DNA of 64,000 nucleotides from the human T2T-CHM13v2.0 reference genome, Homo sapiens: NCBI GenBank assembly GCA_009914755.4, contig CP068257.2, forward strand, positions 9,152,001 through 9,216,000, written 5' to 3'. Below the pieces are notes generated by a model that did no database searches, was not told the DNA's origin, and saw only the letters and a program-made list of their open reading frames with translations. Below, in pieces: positions 39,891 to 52,145 of this stretch. How positions within the stretch are numbered: position 1 is the stretch's first letter; each line of letters opens with the position of its first letter. A program made the position numbers and the translations under genes.

Positions 39891-42194
39891 ATATGGGTAA
39901 GTTGTCTTTAGTGGCTTCATTAAAAAAGTAAAACACAAACAGGTGGAATTAATTTTAATAATACGTTTTACTTACTTCGATATATCCAAATCTCACGTCA
40001 ACAAATCATCAATTAAACACGTAATAAGAGAGTTTGCATTCTTTTCCACTCTAAATCTGTGAAATCCAGGACATAGTTTGCACTTGCAGCTGACCTCAGT
40101 TGGAACCAGCCCATTTCACGTGGGCAATACCCACAGGTGCCTAGTGGCTACTGTGTTGAACAGGACCCTCTAATCCTCGAGGTGCTGGGATTCAGGAGGA
40201 GCTGACTGTGTGGTGATAGCTGCTCCTGAACTTCAGGTTGCATCCTCTTTCTCTCTCTCTCTCACTCCTCGAGAAACATACAGCAAAAGCTCTTGGCAAA
40301 GCTTCCAACCTCATTGTCAGACCCATCTGATTTTATTCAGTGAGAAGGATTACGTGATCTGGCTCTTGATATGATGAGCTAAGTTCGAGTTGTATTTCTT
40401 TCAAGAGAATTTTGAGTCTGAAATACAAAAAGTGTCCCAGCAATACACCTATTCTCCCTTGCGCTGAGTCACTTTGGACAATTTAACCTCAAATAATGAC
40501 AGGGAATTCTTGATACCTTGCTGTTCAACATTTTGTCAGCTCTAATGAGTGTTCAATTTATAACTAATGACAATGCATCTTATAGGGTGGGCCAGCCCAT
40601 ATGGGTGGGGGTCGATGTGAGAGGGTAATCGTTATAATTTCAGCACATACTTTAACAGTGGCAGTTGTACATTTTGCATAAAGGCCTGAAGTCATGTGAC
40701 ATCAAGAATATATGAGGAAAACAAAAGCATCTTCCGATACAAATAATGTAATATGATAGTTATTCATATAATATTGCCCCTTTTCACTTGAGTTGTTTAT
40801 TTAAAACCGAGTTAGGGAGGGTGTGACAAAATAACAGATGCTCCCATGAATGCTCATCTCTTTAAATCTGGCCTCAGCTGATGTCAGTCAGAGTCTACTA
40901 GACTAATGGGGCTGCTGCAAATCTCAGCTTTGCCGCCGGCTTGGGCACGTTTCCTCAGCGTCTCTGGCTCCCCGTATTCTTGTCTTCAACACAATGGGTG
41001 GAAGTGTGGTTCAGTGTCTAAGAAAGTCTCCAGCACAGTGTGGGATGGGGACAGGCTCCTGTTTTCCTTTTCTTCTCAGAAGCCCATGAGCTGGTGCACC
41101 ATCTTGTTCATCTCGACTCACAGGTACAGGTTTGGGATCACAGTGTGCATTATTAGGGACAGAAAGAGAGTGCCACTGAGATAAAGGCAGGAAGAGAGTA
41201 CCACTGAGATACAGGCAGAAGGCTACCAAGGACATCTTTATATTCTTTTGCAGACCACTGGGGTCACTTGAATTTAGAATTTACCAGGTGCAATTTTGCA
41301 AACTATCTTAATTATCTTGACATTATAAAAGCCTGTAATCTTGTACTTCTGACATCTGAGTAATTAGGACTTTGAACACCAGTGCCTTCTAGGTCACAGG
41401 CTTGCATTTTTTCCACTGCAGATTGGCTGTCAGCCATTACCACCTTTCTGCTCCAATGGAAACCTTTCTAAATGAGAGCGGGATTGGACAGGATGGCTTT
41501 GATTTGAATCGCTGTAAAAACAACTTTCATGTATTGAGCTGCATTGAATTTTTATTTGTGCACTGAACTTTATTTTATATTTTAAAAAGACAAATAACAA
41601 GCTATTATATTTGGCAGATAAAAAGAGACATATGAGCGTGATAAATTTGGCTGTGGATCTCTCTGACCTAATCTAATAATCATTTTGGTTTCAAAACCCG
41701 AATGATTTCTCAGAGCAGCTTTTTACTTGCTTATACAGCTCAGTTAAGAAGAACACAAATAGTTCCCCAGGCACACCCAAGATACAGAAACATTATAAAA
41801 CATTGCTTATTAATTGCTTTTTAGGTTAAGAATTATGGTAAGGAAAGATTTTGATTTTTGAGAGACATTAAAGTAAAATGATATTTACCCTTCACATGCT
41901 AATTTACCCTTGTAAGTTATGGGACATTTTTATCCATTCTGTAAGTTGTGTGAAGCTTTTGAAACATCTTTAGATAGAAGTTATTTCTTTTCAGTCTATT
42001 TTTCTAAGGACCTTTGCTGGCAAATAAGAAAGTTCATTTACCAGGGGATATGTATAAGTATTGAATGTTAAATATTTGTTGGGGAAAGATGAAAATGACA
42101 TTAATGCATCAATTAACACTTAGTGCAAATATTTTTAACACATTGTTAGGCCCTACTTCTGGTTTTCAAAATTGTAACACCATTATGTCATAGG

Positions 42195-42300
42195 AATAAA
42201 ATTCTCCTTATAAAATATTTATATACATATAGTACATATTATACGGTGTGATATACATATATATATAGTATATATTATCTGTTATTTTATATATAAATAC
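42195..42300. repeat. AT-rich (TA)n/(TATAC)n-like simple repeat
   Basis: atatacatatagtacatattatacggtgtgatatacatatatatatagtatatattatctgttattttatatataaatac. Confidence 0.6.
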
Positions 42301-43742
42301 ACAGTATTTTACAGGACTTGTTTTTTCCAGAAGAAAGCAACTTTGTTAGAATTTTATATAAACCTACTTTTTGACTAAAATTTACTTTAAAGAAATGATA
42401 CAATCCTTTGGGCAAACTATTGAACAAACAAAAATTCCCTTTTCACTTTCCATTGAGTTGATTTAGTTGAAAACATTCAGTTGAAAAAATCAATGTACGT
42501 ATTTTAGAATACTTTTTTTAGACCAAGCTGAGGATTTAGGGTCTGTTCTTTACTGTGGGGGAGGGAATGAAGCCTCAAAAATGATCTTGTGCAATCGGAA
42601 AAGTTGTCAGAAGCCTGTGTGTCCGTGAGAATGAGAAGCAGGTAACCGTAATTGGTGAGGATGCTCAACCAGCTACCATTGCGCTCCGGGGAGCATGTGA
42701 CCAGTGTTACTGCGGCAGACCAGAGCCTGGGTCACCCCCGGTATACCGACTGTGAGTCAACCACTCCCTTAAAAAAATGGAAGCAGTGCATCAGAGTCAT
42801 GCAAAATATCTGCTACACCTGCCTGACGGGTCACTGCTGGGCCATGCTCACCCTGCAGTGAGTTCCCTTAGAGGCGGGTTATGACGAGGGTCCCATCCCT
42901 GCCTCCTACTGCTGCTTTAATGCTGCTGGCCTGCCCACTCACCATCACCCAGAATAGCCTAAGATCCCACCCTGGGCACTAAGCTCTGTTTCTCTGTCTT
43001 TCACAGATTTCCCTCCCATGTATCGTCATGGTCCAGTGTGTCTTATTTCACTTCCCTGGACCTTCACTGCCTGGGTTAGGATCAGTGCAGTGTTAGAAAT
43101 ACAGACTTTAGGTCGCAGCTCCTACTCGGGTAAGTTACTTAGCCTCTCTGTCTCAGCTCTTTCCTCTCCAAAACAGGTAAATTTATTACCTTGACTCATT
43201 AAAACCCCAAGCCTTGAGAGGAAGGTTGATAGTACATGGATCTTTTCATTTGCAAGGATGGGGAAGAAAGGAAAAAGAGAATTTAAAGGTAATAGAATAA
43301 AGTTGGAGAACTTGTTCAAATGACAATTACATTGTCTGCTTTTAAATCATGTATTTTATTTATTTGTTTTGCCATATTTTGTTATTTAGTACCAACTAAT
43401 TGCCAGACACTGTGCTGGGCTCTCGGTGTACAAAAGTACAGAGAACCCAGATCCAGGGCCTTCCATTTGCACGGAGAGGAGGTTGTAATAGACATATGAA
43501 CACATAGGTATAGCAAGTGTAGAAACTGAAGTGTGACAAGATATTTGTCAGGCAAGAGGAAGGCACTGACGGTGGCCCAGAATTCTGTCACAGAGGAGGA
43601 GACATTTGTCTTGAATTTTGAAAGGTGGAAAATGGTTAATCAGCATTAGCGGGGAGGGATCTGGGCAGAAAAGGAAAGATTAGAGTGTGCTCAGCCTCTT
43701 TGGGAATTGATAAGTGGTTTGCACAACCGAAAAGCAAGGTGT

Positions 43743-43931
43743 GAGGGGAGGACCTATGAGATTCAATGGTGGGCATGTAGACAAGGGTCCTAGGAGCCAG
43801 ACAAAGACATTTAGAGTTCACACTTCAGGAATCAATGAGGGGAGGACCTATGAGATTCAATGGTGGGCATGTAGACAAGGGTCCTAGGAGCCAGACAAAG
43901 ACATTTAGAGTTCACACTTCAGGAATCAATG
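43743..43931. repeat. Perfect tandem duplication, 2 copies of about 94 bp
   Basis: 'gaggggaggacctatgagattcaatggtgggcatgtagacaagggtcctaggagccagacaaagacatttagagttcacacttcaggaatcaatga' occurs twice head-to-tail with no visible mismatch. Confidence 0.85.
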
Positions 43932-44002
43932 ACCACGACAATGATGTGACGAGGTCACAGAAACCAGCAGAGAACATAGTTTTTTTTAAAAAGTTGCCTG
44001 GA

Positions 44003-44290
44003 TGCAGCGGCCCCTGCCTGTAAGCTTAGTAATTTGGGAGGCCAAGGATGGAGGATAGCTTGAGTCCAGGAGTTCAAGACCAGCCTGAGCAACATAGCAA
44101 AATCCCATCTCTACACAAAATTTAAAAAATTAGTCCAGTGTGGTTGCACGTGGCTGTAGTTCCAGCTGCTCAGGAGGCTGAGGCAGGAGGATCGCTAGAG
44201 CCTGAGAGATTGAGACTGCAGTGAGCCATGATTGCACCACCCCATCCCTGCCTGGGCAACAGAGTGAGACTGTCTCAGAACAAAAAATAT
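44003..44290 (+). mobile_element. Alu SINE (older, AluJ/S-like)
   Basis: 'ggatgcagcggcccctgcctgtaagcttagtaatttgggaggccaaggatggaggatagcttgagtccaggagttcaagaccagcctgagcaacatagcaaaatcccatctctacacaaaatttaaaaaattagtccagtgtggt...gcctgggcaacagagtgagactgtctcagaacaaaaaa'. Confidence 0.85.
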
Positions 44291-44291
44291 C

Positions 44292-46845
44292 GTTAACATT
44301 TGTTTTGATTGACAAATCATAACTGTATACATTTGTGGGATACAATGTGATATTTTGATAATTGTATACAAGATGAAATAATTAGATCAAGCTAACATAT
44401 TCATCGCCTTGCTTACCTGTTCTCTTTCATGGTGAGACAATTGAAATTTATGCTCTTAGTTATTCTGAAATATATGACACATCATTACTGACTACAGTAC
44501 CTTGCTATGCAATGGATCACCAACCCTCTGTCTATCTGAAACTTTGTTCTCTTTGATCATCAACTCCTCACTCCCTGTCTTCCCGCACCCCGCACCTGTC
44601 AGCCTCTGGTAACCATCATTCTACTTCCTGCTTCTATGAGTTCAACCTTATTAGATTTCACATGCCAGTGAGATCATGGGGTATTTGTCTTTCTGCGCCT
44701 ACCTTATTTCTCTCAGCATAAAGTCCTCCAGATTCATCCATGTTGTCACAAATGACAGGATTTCCTTCTTTTGAAAGGCTGAATAGTATGCCATTGTATA
44801 TATACCACATTTATCCATTCATCCACGGATGGACACTTAGGTTGATTCCACATCTTGGCTGTTATGAATAGGGCTGCAATAACTATGGATGTGCAGACGT
44901 CTCTTGGACCTACCTTCAGTTCCTTTGGATACACACCCAGAAGCGAGATTACTGCATCATTTACTGGTTCTATATTCAGTTTTTTGAGGAACCTCCATGT
45001 CATTTTCCACAATGGCTGTAGTAATTTACATTTCCACTACGCATAAGAGTTCCCTTTCCTCTGCATCCTCTTCAACATTTATTTTTCATGTTTTTGATGA
45101 TAGTCATTCCAACAGGGGTGAGGTGATAACTCATTGTGGTTTTTATTTGCATTTCTCTAATAATTAGAGATGCTGAGCATTTTTTCATGTACCAACTAGC
45201 TACTTGTAAATCTTCTTTTGAGGACTTTGGGTCCTTTGCCCATTTTAACATCATCTAATTATTTGTTTTCTTGCTATTGAGTTGAGTTTCTTTTATATTT
45301 TGGACATTAGCTGCTTATTTGATGTATGATTTGCAAATGTTTTACTCCATTTTGTGGGTTGTCTCTTCTCTCTGCTGATTGTTTCCATTGCTGTGCAGAA
45401 GCTTTTGAGTTTGAAGCCATTTTATTTGTGTGTTTTTGCTTTTATTGCCTGTGCTTTCAGGGTCTTATCCAAAAAAAATTATTGTCCACACCAACGTTAT
45501 AGAACTTTCCCTTATGTTTTCTTCTAGTCATTTTAGAATTTCAGTTTTTATATTTAAGTCTTTTATCCATTTTTAAAATTTTATTTATTTATTTAGAGAC
45601 AGGGTCTCACTCTGCCACCCAGGCTGGAGTGCAGTGGTGTGATCTCGGCTCACTGCAACCTCCGCCTCCTGGGTTCAAGTGATTCTCATGGCTCAGCCTC
45701 CTGAGTAGCTGGGATTACAAGCACCTGCCACCACGCCCGGATAAGTTTTCTATTTTTAGTAGAGATGGGGTTTCACCATGTTGCCCAGGCTGGTCTCAAA
45801 CTCCTGACCTCAGGTGATGTACCTGTTTCGGCCTTCCAAATTGCTGCTATTACAGGCATGAGCCACCACACCAGGCCAAATCTTTTATCCATTTTAAGTG
45901 GATTTTTGTGTATGTCATAAGATAAGGGTCTAATTTCATTATTTCACATGTGGATATGCAGTTTTTCCAACATCATTTGTTGGAGAGACTCTCCTTTCCC
46001 CATTGTGTGTTCTTGGCACCCTCATCAAAAATCAGTTGACCATAAATGTGGGGGATTATTTCTGGGTGTTCCATCCTGTTCCATTGATTGATTTGTCTGT
46101 TTTTTATGCCAGTTCTAGGGTGTACTAATTGCAACTGCTAAAAGAGTTTAAAATGAGGGAGTGTGATGCCTCCAGCTGTGTTCTTTTCCTTCATGATTGT
46201 TTTGGCTATTTAAGGTCTTTTGTAGTTCCATATGAATTTAAGGATTGTGTTTTCTATTTCTGTAAGAAATGACCTTGAATATTTGATAAGGGCTGGACTG
46301 AATCTATAGAACATATTGGGTAGTTTGTACATTTTCACAACATTATTTCTTCTACCCATAAACATGGAAAATATTTCTATTTATTTGTGTTTTCATCATT
46401 TTCTTTCATCAGCATTTTATAGTTTTCAGTATGCAGGTCTTTTACCTCCTGGGTTAAATTAATACCTAAGTATTTATTTATTTTGTTGCTATTGTAAATG
46501 GGATTTTTTTGAAATTTACTTTTTAAATATTTGTTATTAGTATATAGAACGCTACTGATTTTTGTACGTTGATTTTATATCCTGAAATCTTAATTTGTTT
46601 ATATGTCCTAACAGTTTTTTTGTGGAGCCTTTAGGGCGTTCTATATAAAAGATCAATTTGTCCGCAAATAGAGACATTTCACTTCTTCCCTCAATTAGAA
46701 TGCCTTTTGTTTCTTTCTCTTGCTAAGACTTCTAGTGCTATGTTGAGTAGGAGTGGTGAGAGTGGGCATCCTTCTCCCTGATCCTAGGAGAAACGCTTTC
46801 GACTTTCCACCATTGAGAATGACGTTAGCTATGGGTGTGGCATGG
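44292..46845 (-). mobile_element. 5'-truncated L1 LINE (L1M/L1PB-like, antisense; 3'UTR and about 1.6 kb of ORF2), interrupted by an Alu at 45575-45882
   Basis: Antisense L1M 3'UTR: 'ttgattgacaaatcataactgtatacatttgtgggatacaatgtgatattttgat...cagcctctggtaaccatcattctacttcctgcttctatgagttcaacc...ggctgaatagtatgccattgtatatataccacatttatccattcatcc'. Antisense ORF2: '...gtgcttattttttcatcag / ttggcaccctcatcaaaaatcagttgaccataaatgtggggg...gtgtgatgcctccagctgtgttcttttcc...gctaagacttctagtgctatgttgagtaggagtggtgagagtgggcatccttctccctgatcc'. Collinearity ends abruptly at about 46845. Confidence 0.8.
45575..45882 (-). mobile_element. Alu SINE nested in the L1
   Basis: 'gagacagggtctcactctgccacccaggctggagtgcagtggtgtgatctcggctcactgcaacctccgcctcctgggttcaagtgattctcatggctcagcctcctgagtagctgggattacaag...ggcatgagccaccacaccaggcc'. 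Confidence 0.9.
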
Positions 46846-47087
46846 GCGTCTCTCCTGTGCTGAGGCAGCTCCCTCTATGCTGGATCTGCGAGGGTTTGCT
46901 ATTCTGAAGGGCGTTGAAGCACGCTGGGGGCTGAGCCTGGAGCACCTGTGGGGGTGCTTCCTGTGGCGTGGTGCCTCTGGCTAGTTTCTCTGATGTGCCA
47001 CCTCCATGGGCCAGGCCCGATCTGTGCCCTGTTTGCTGTGAGCCCCACCTGTTTTTGTTTCTGACTGGCCCTGTGGGCACTCCCAAT

Positions 47088-47575
47088 GTTTCCCGTGGGA
47101 CAAGACAGGAGTGAGCTCCTGCAAAGGGGCCCAGAATGGCGGGGGAGCATTTTCCGTGGGACAAGACAGGAGTGAGCTCCTGCAAAGGGGCCCAGAATGG
47201 TGGGGAAGCATTTCCCGTGGGACAAGACAGGAGTGAGCTCCTGCAAAGGGGCCCAGAATGGTGGGGAAGCGTTTCCCGTGGGACAAGACAGGCGTGAGCT
47301 CCTGCAAAGGGGCCCAGAATGGTGGGGAAGCGTTTCCCGTGGGACAAGACAGGCGTGAGCTCCTGCAAAGGGGCCCAGAATGGTGGGGAAGCATTTCCCG
47401 TGGGACAAGACAGGCGTGAGCTCCGGCAAAGGGGCCCAGAATGGTGGGGAAGCGTTTCCCGTGGGACAAGACAGGCGTGAGCTCCTGCAAAGGGGCCCAG
47501 AATGGTGGGGAAGCATTTCCCGTGGGACAACACAAGTGTGAGCTCCTGCAAAGGGGCCCAGAATGGTGGGGAAGC
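47088..47575. repeat. 61-bp-unit VNTR, about 8 copies (gggacaagacaggcgtgagctcctgcaaaggggcccagaatggtggggaagc(a/g)tttcccgt)
   Basis: Phased 61-bp units (183 bp = 61 codons). These produce the three overlapping minus-strand ORFs of 203-240 aa with the 'LPHHSGPLCRSS...FWAPLQELTPVLSHGK' periodicity, all artefacts. The array sits immediately beyond the truncation point of the L1 at about 46845. Confidence 0.9.
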
Positions 47576-50464
47576 AGAACTTCTGCCTCCAACTCACTTT
47601 CTCACTGTGCTACTGCGGATCCAGAGGAATCTCTGCATGTGAGGCTCTGCCAGGTTGGGGAGGAGTGTGCGCTCAACATCTCTCTCCACTTTTTACCATT
47701 GCAACAGCTTTTCTTAGCTCTGGGGTCCAGGAGTGTGTCTCAGCCTTAGTCCTGAGTTCTGGGACATGCACGATGGTATTCTTGCCTGTGGAGAGCTGCT
47801 AGTTGAATTTCTGTGGTGGTGAGTGATGTCAGTGAAGTCCCATTCTGGTTTCTCTCTGATGTCACACTGAGAGCAGTCTTGGTGAGAAGATTATCTTTGT
47901 GTAAAAGCAAAGAACAGAGGAGAGAACCTGCATTTCTCCTCTGCAGTATCCGCTGCGTTTTTCTGTAGAATTGGGTGTGCCATTTGCAAGAGCTGTGTGT
48001 GTGCAGCAGAGAAGGCAGCCAACCAATCCTTGCGGTTCAGCGTGAGTTGGGAGGGAGAAAGCGCAAACCACTAAGTGTAGACAACACGCAGGGAGTTCAG
48101 TTGGGAAGTTTAGCGAGTGGTGTCCAAAGCAGAGTTGCTCCCTCAGCACTATGGGCAGGTTGGGCCACACAATTCTTTGTTGTTGGAGAGGGAAGGCTGT
48201 CTTGTGCCTTGTAGGAGGTTTGGCAGCATCCCTGGCCTGGACACCCCATGACAGTGGCAACCCCTCCCCTAGCGGTGACAAACGTAAAGGTCTCCAGATG
48301 TTGCTAAATGTCCTCTGGTGGGGGTGGGAAGGGCATTGCCCTGTGTGAGGACCGCTGGTAGAGACTGATGCAGGGTTCAGAAAAGAGATTTTTCTTTTTC
48401 AGTTGGGACATACATGATCAGTCTTGGGGAAGGAAGCAGAAGCAATGGTGGAATAGGACAAAGATAAAGGAAAGAGGTGGAAAGTGATGCACAAAGACCG
48501 CCATGACCCGGTGTGGGGCGATATGAGTGAGGACAGCATCCAGTGAAGAGGTCCTGGCTCCTGACTGCGATTTGGTGGCTCTACTGTACCCTGTGCAAAG
48601 GGTATAAGTTGGTGCTTATTTTCTCTCCATGTGGTCAGAAGTCTCATCTTCAAAGTGCTTAAACTGTAGCCCTTGCCCTGTCACCTCTGGTTACTGCTGG
48701 GACCTGGGTCACACTCCTGGTTCATCTGCTGGCCCCAGGCCGGGTGAGGCTCCCACGTGCCTGCTGGCCTGAGAAAGGCTTACGTGAGTCACAGGGGCTA
48801 CTAGGGGCAGAGAGAAGGGAACAGGATGGAGAAATTAAGTGAGGAATAAGATTGTACAAAGCCAGGAAGAAGCCGAAAGGGGACTTGGCTCTGGCAGCAT
48901 TTTGTTTTGCGTGAGTCTGTGCTGGAATAAGCTGTCGAAAGGTTGTCTACCCATTGCCTTCTGGTACCTTGTGCTGTGCTCATTGTTGGCAAAACACTTG
49001 AATGATTGTGGCCTAAATGTGCAGTGATAAAATACAGAACATAGCTTTGTTATTTTTCCAACCAGACTAGGAGAGTGGCTTTTGGAATCAAGATTTAAAA
49101 TTCATGATTTGCTTGTGTTTTGGCTTGTATTTTGGCTTGTGCTTGAAATGACAAGAAAGATCAAGGGTTTAAATGTGATCTTGAGAAGACATAAGAGAGA
49201 GAATTGATATTTTCCTATCTAATATTTATATTACTTTCCTGTATAGAGTAGGCTAAGGATTTTATTTGGACGCTAATTATATGTAATTCCTATAGCAGTT
49301 ATTTTGATTAAGCCAACTAGATTTACCTCTAATTATTCATTTTAAGCCCTAGATTTAAAGATAACTTTTTATTCTCTGTAAACAACCTAAAAGTTGCCTT
49401 AGATTTATATTTCATAATATGTAAAAATGCTGAAAAAGGGCTTGTTTGGCTGGAGAGACATTTTAATTTTTTCCTTTAATTTTAAATGACAATATTGTGT
49501 GTATAGGAGCTGCGTTTCCTACCGAATATTCACCTGGTGTGGAGACTGAATAACATGCCACTCTAAGGGTTAATAAAAGCATTAAATAACTTGCATCTGG
49601 GAAACATCAATTGAACAGATAATTGCTTCTTTGTGTTTCTGCTTAGTAGTGGCTGGACATGTAAAGTTTCTATACCACAAAATGAAAACAGTTGAGCAAA
49701 CAAGAGGCCCGGGGTCACATAACCGATGCGTGCTCAAAGCTCAAAGCAGCGTCAATCAAACCTGGAGGGTACCATGTCAAGAGATGGTATCTTTTTATTA
49801 ATCAGGAATTGGTACCCGGACGATAGAGGGCCTCTGTAATGAAAACCTCAGTTAGCAAACAGCCAGAAGAGAGAGAAAATAATCCAACCAGCCAAATAAT
49901 CAAAGAACACATGAAGTGTCTGTAGGGAGATTTCCACAGTGGGAAACCCATAGAAAAAATTCTATCTCTCACTCTTGTTTTTGTTTTTTGGTTTTGGATA
50001 CAATTTCATTTAAGTAGAAAGATCATCCATGATTTTCCCAATCTTCCTTATGTCTTTTATGCACTATACTTGCCAAAGTAGCATAGACAGAAAAAAAGCA
50101 GGAATCCTATGGATTTCTACCCTTAGTCCTTCAACTAACTTTAAAATAACTTTTTATTTTTTTATTCAGGTCTACGTTCTAAGTCACACTCCCCTCCCAC
50201 ATGTCTTTGCCCGCTATTTTACTTCATTAATATTTACCAGCTTTTCTGAATTTAGGCACCAATTTTGTATTTTCATATATTTCTATGCATATCCTTCAGA
50301 TCCTTATTTTCCTCAATATTCATGTAAAATATATAAACTATAATTTCTGTGTTCTTTTAAGAGATAGCAGGTACCTAAACAAAGCGGTGTTCTCCCGTGA
50401 TTTTTTTAACTCAGCATTTTTTGCCAGAAATGGTCACTTGGGATTTATTCCTATGCCCTTGTGT

Positions 50465-50682
50465 TTTTCCCTCCCCCTCCCCTTTCCCTCCCTTCCCTCC
50501 CTTTATCTTTTTCTCTCTCCCTTCCTCCTGCCCACCCACCCTACATTTTTCCCTCCGTCCCTCCCTTCTTGCTCCCTCCCTCTCTTTCTTCCTTCCTCCC
50601 TCCCACCCTCCTTTCCTTCTTTTCCTCTCTTTCTTTGTCCTTTCTTCTCTTCCCTCCTCCTTTCCACCCTTTTCCTTTCACC
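50465..50682 (+). repeat. Long polypyrimidine (CT-rich) tract, about 218 bp with more than 95% pyrimidine on the + strand
   Basis: ttccctccccctcccctttccctcccttccctccctttatctttttctctctcccttcctcctgcccacccaccc...cttttcctttca. Source of the proline/serine/leucine-rich ORFs at 50285-50873 and the K/E/R/G-rich antisense ORF, all artefacts. Confidence 0.9.
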
Positions 50683-52064
50683 AATATTTATTGAGTGCTT
50701 ATTGCATAAGAGACTTTGAGTGTCCAGTGCTGGCTTGTGGCAGGACAAGCTGCAGACAAAACCCCTCAGACACCAAGTTGTGGAAGGAAGGGCTTTATTC
50801 GGCTGGGAGCGTTGGCAAGACTCACGTCTCCAACAACCGACCTCCCCGAATGAGCAATTCCTGTCCCTTTTAAGGGCTCACAACTCTAAGGGGGTCCGCG
50901 TGAGAGGATCGTGATTGACTGAGCAAGCTGAGGGTTCATGACTGGGGGCTGCATGCACTGGTAGTTAGAACAGAGAAGAACAGGACAGGGATTTTCACAG
51001 TGCTGTTCCATACAATGTCTGTAATCTACAATTAACCTGACTGATTAGGTCAGGGGTCGATCTTTAACTACCAGGCCCAGTGTGTGGCACTGGGCTGTCT
51101 GCCTGTGGATTTCATTTCTGCCTTTTAGTTTTTACTTCTTATTTCTTTGGAGGCAGAAATTGCGCATAAGACAATATGAGGAGTGGTCTCCTCCCTTAGC
51201 TAAGGACTCTGACCCCTCCTTCTGTGGGACTCCATGTATTCTTTCTCATTGGGAACACTGGGAATAGCAGGACCCAGTTGAGTTTGGAGAGTGTCGCTTA
51301 GTGCTCTTTAGTTGCAACCATCTGAAAATAACATGAAAAGAAAGGGGAATTTCCTGAAAAATGTTGGTGGTAGCAATGAGAGCAAGGCTCAAAGAATAAA
51401 CTGGAAGCTGAGAAACTAGGCTTGGAAATAGAAATCAAAGGGACTGGGGAAGCAAGGACCCTGCATTCGTCTCTAGGCAGGAAGGGTTCACTCAGCGCAC
51501 TGGTGCTGTGATAAATATCACGTGCCTCTGCTGTTCTCTCATCACGGATCAAGAGTCCAAGCCTGGAGGGAGAGCGACTGAAAGCCATGGGCTGGTCACA
51601 GGCCTGCCTGAGAGCTGCACGGGAGCCGGCGAGGAAAAGCCCTTGCTGCTTCCAGTGTAAGGCAGGTGTCTGGATTTATCTTCAAGAGAGCCAACATGAT
51701 GAATGAAGGAACTTAAATCATGGCACGGTTAGAAAGAAAAGTAGCAAGACAGGAACTACTCCTTCTCTCCAAACAAAAAGAAAAACAAAATGAGATATTC
51801 ACTATAATTAATATGAATTTGCAAGGGAAATAACACAGTATATGATCTCAGTCTCAACTTATATCTTTATTTCAACTATATCTACTTCAGAAAGGATTTG
51901 AAGGGTTTCCAATAAAAGACAAATAAAATGTTATAAATAGTAGATAAATGAAGATCAAATATGACCCTGGTAGAGGTATGATAATTTTCTCTGTCTCGTT
52001 CAAGAGCTACACTGGCTGCACCTGATATAGTAGATGCTCAATAAGTATCATTACCTTCTGCCAG

Positions 52065-52145
52065 GTCCCTCCCAGGACACGTGGGGATTATGGGAACTAC
52101 AATTCAAGATGAGATTTGGTTAGGGACACAGCCAAACCATATCAG
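52065..52145 (-). mobile_element. THE1-class LTR fragment (about 80 bp)
   Basis: 'ggtccctcccaggacacgtggggattatgggaactacaattcaagatgagatttggttagggacacagccaaaccatatcag' matches the reverse complement of the THE1 LTR start. Confidence 0.7.

Noticed and set aside
46829-47597. Three overlapping 203-240-aa minus-strand ORFs
   Set aside because: Artefact of the 61-bp VNTR, since 3 units equal 183 bp and keep the frames open. No start-codon context or non-repetitive domain.
50285-50914. 144-aa and 158-aa proline/serine/leucine-rich ORFs and a K/E/R/G-rich 81-aa antisense ORF
   Set aside because: Generated by the 218-bp polypyrimidine/polypurine tract. This is a composition artefact.
50690-51300. LTR-like segment ('...gtgattgactgagcaagctgaggg...tgggaacactgggaatagcaggaccc')
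   Set aside because: I could not match it to a repeat family I can name from memory, so I leave it unannotated instead of guessing. It needs a Dfam search.
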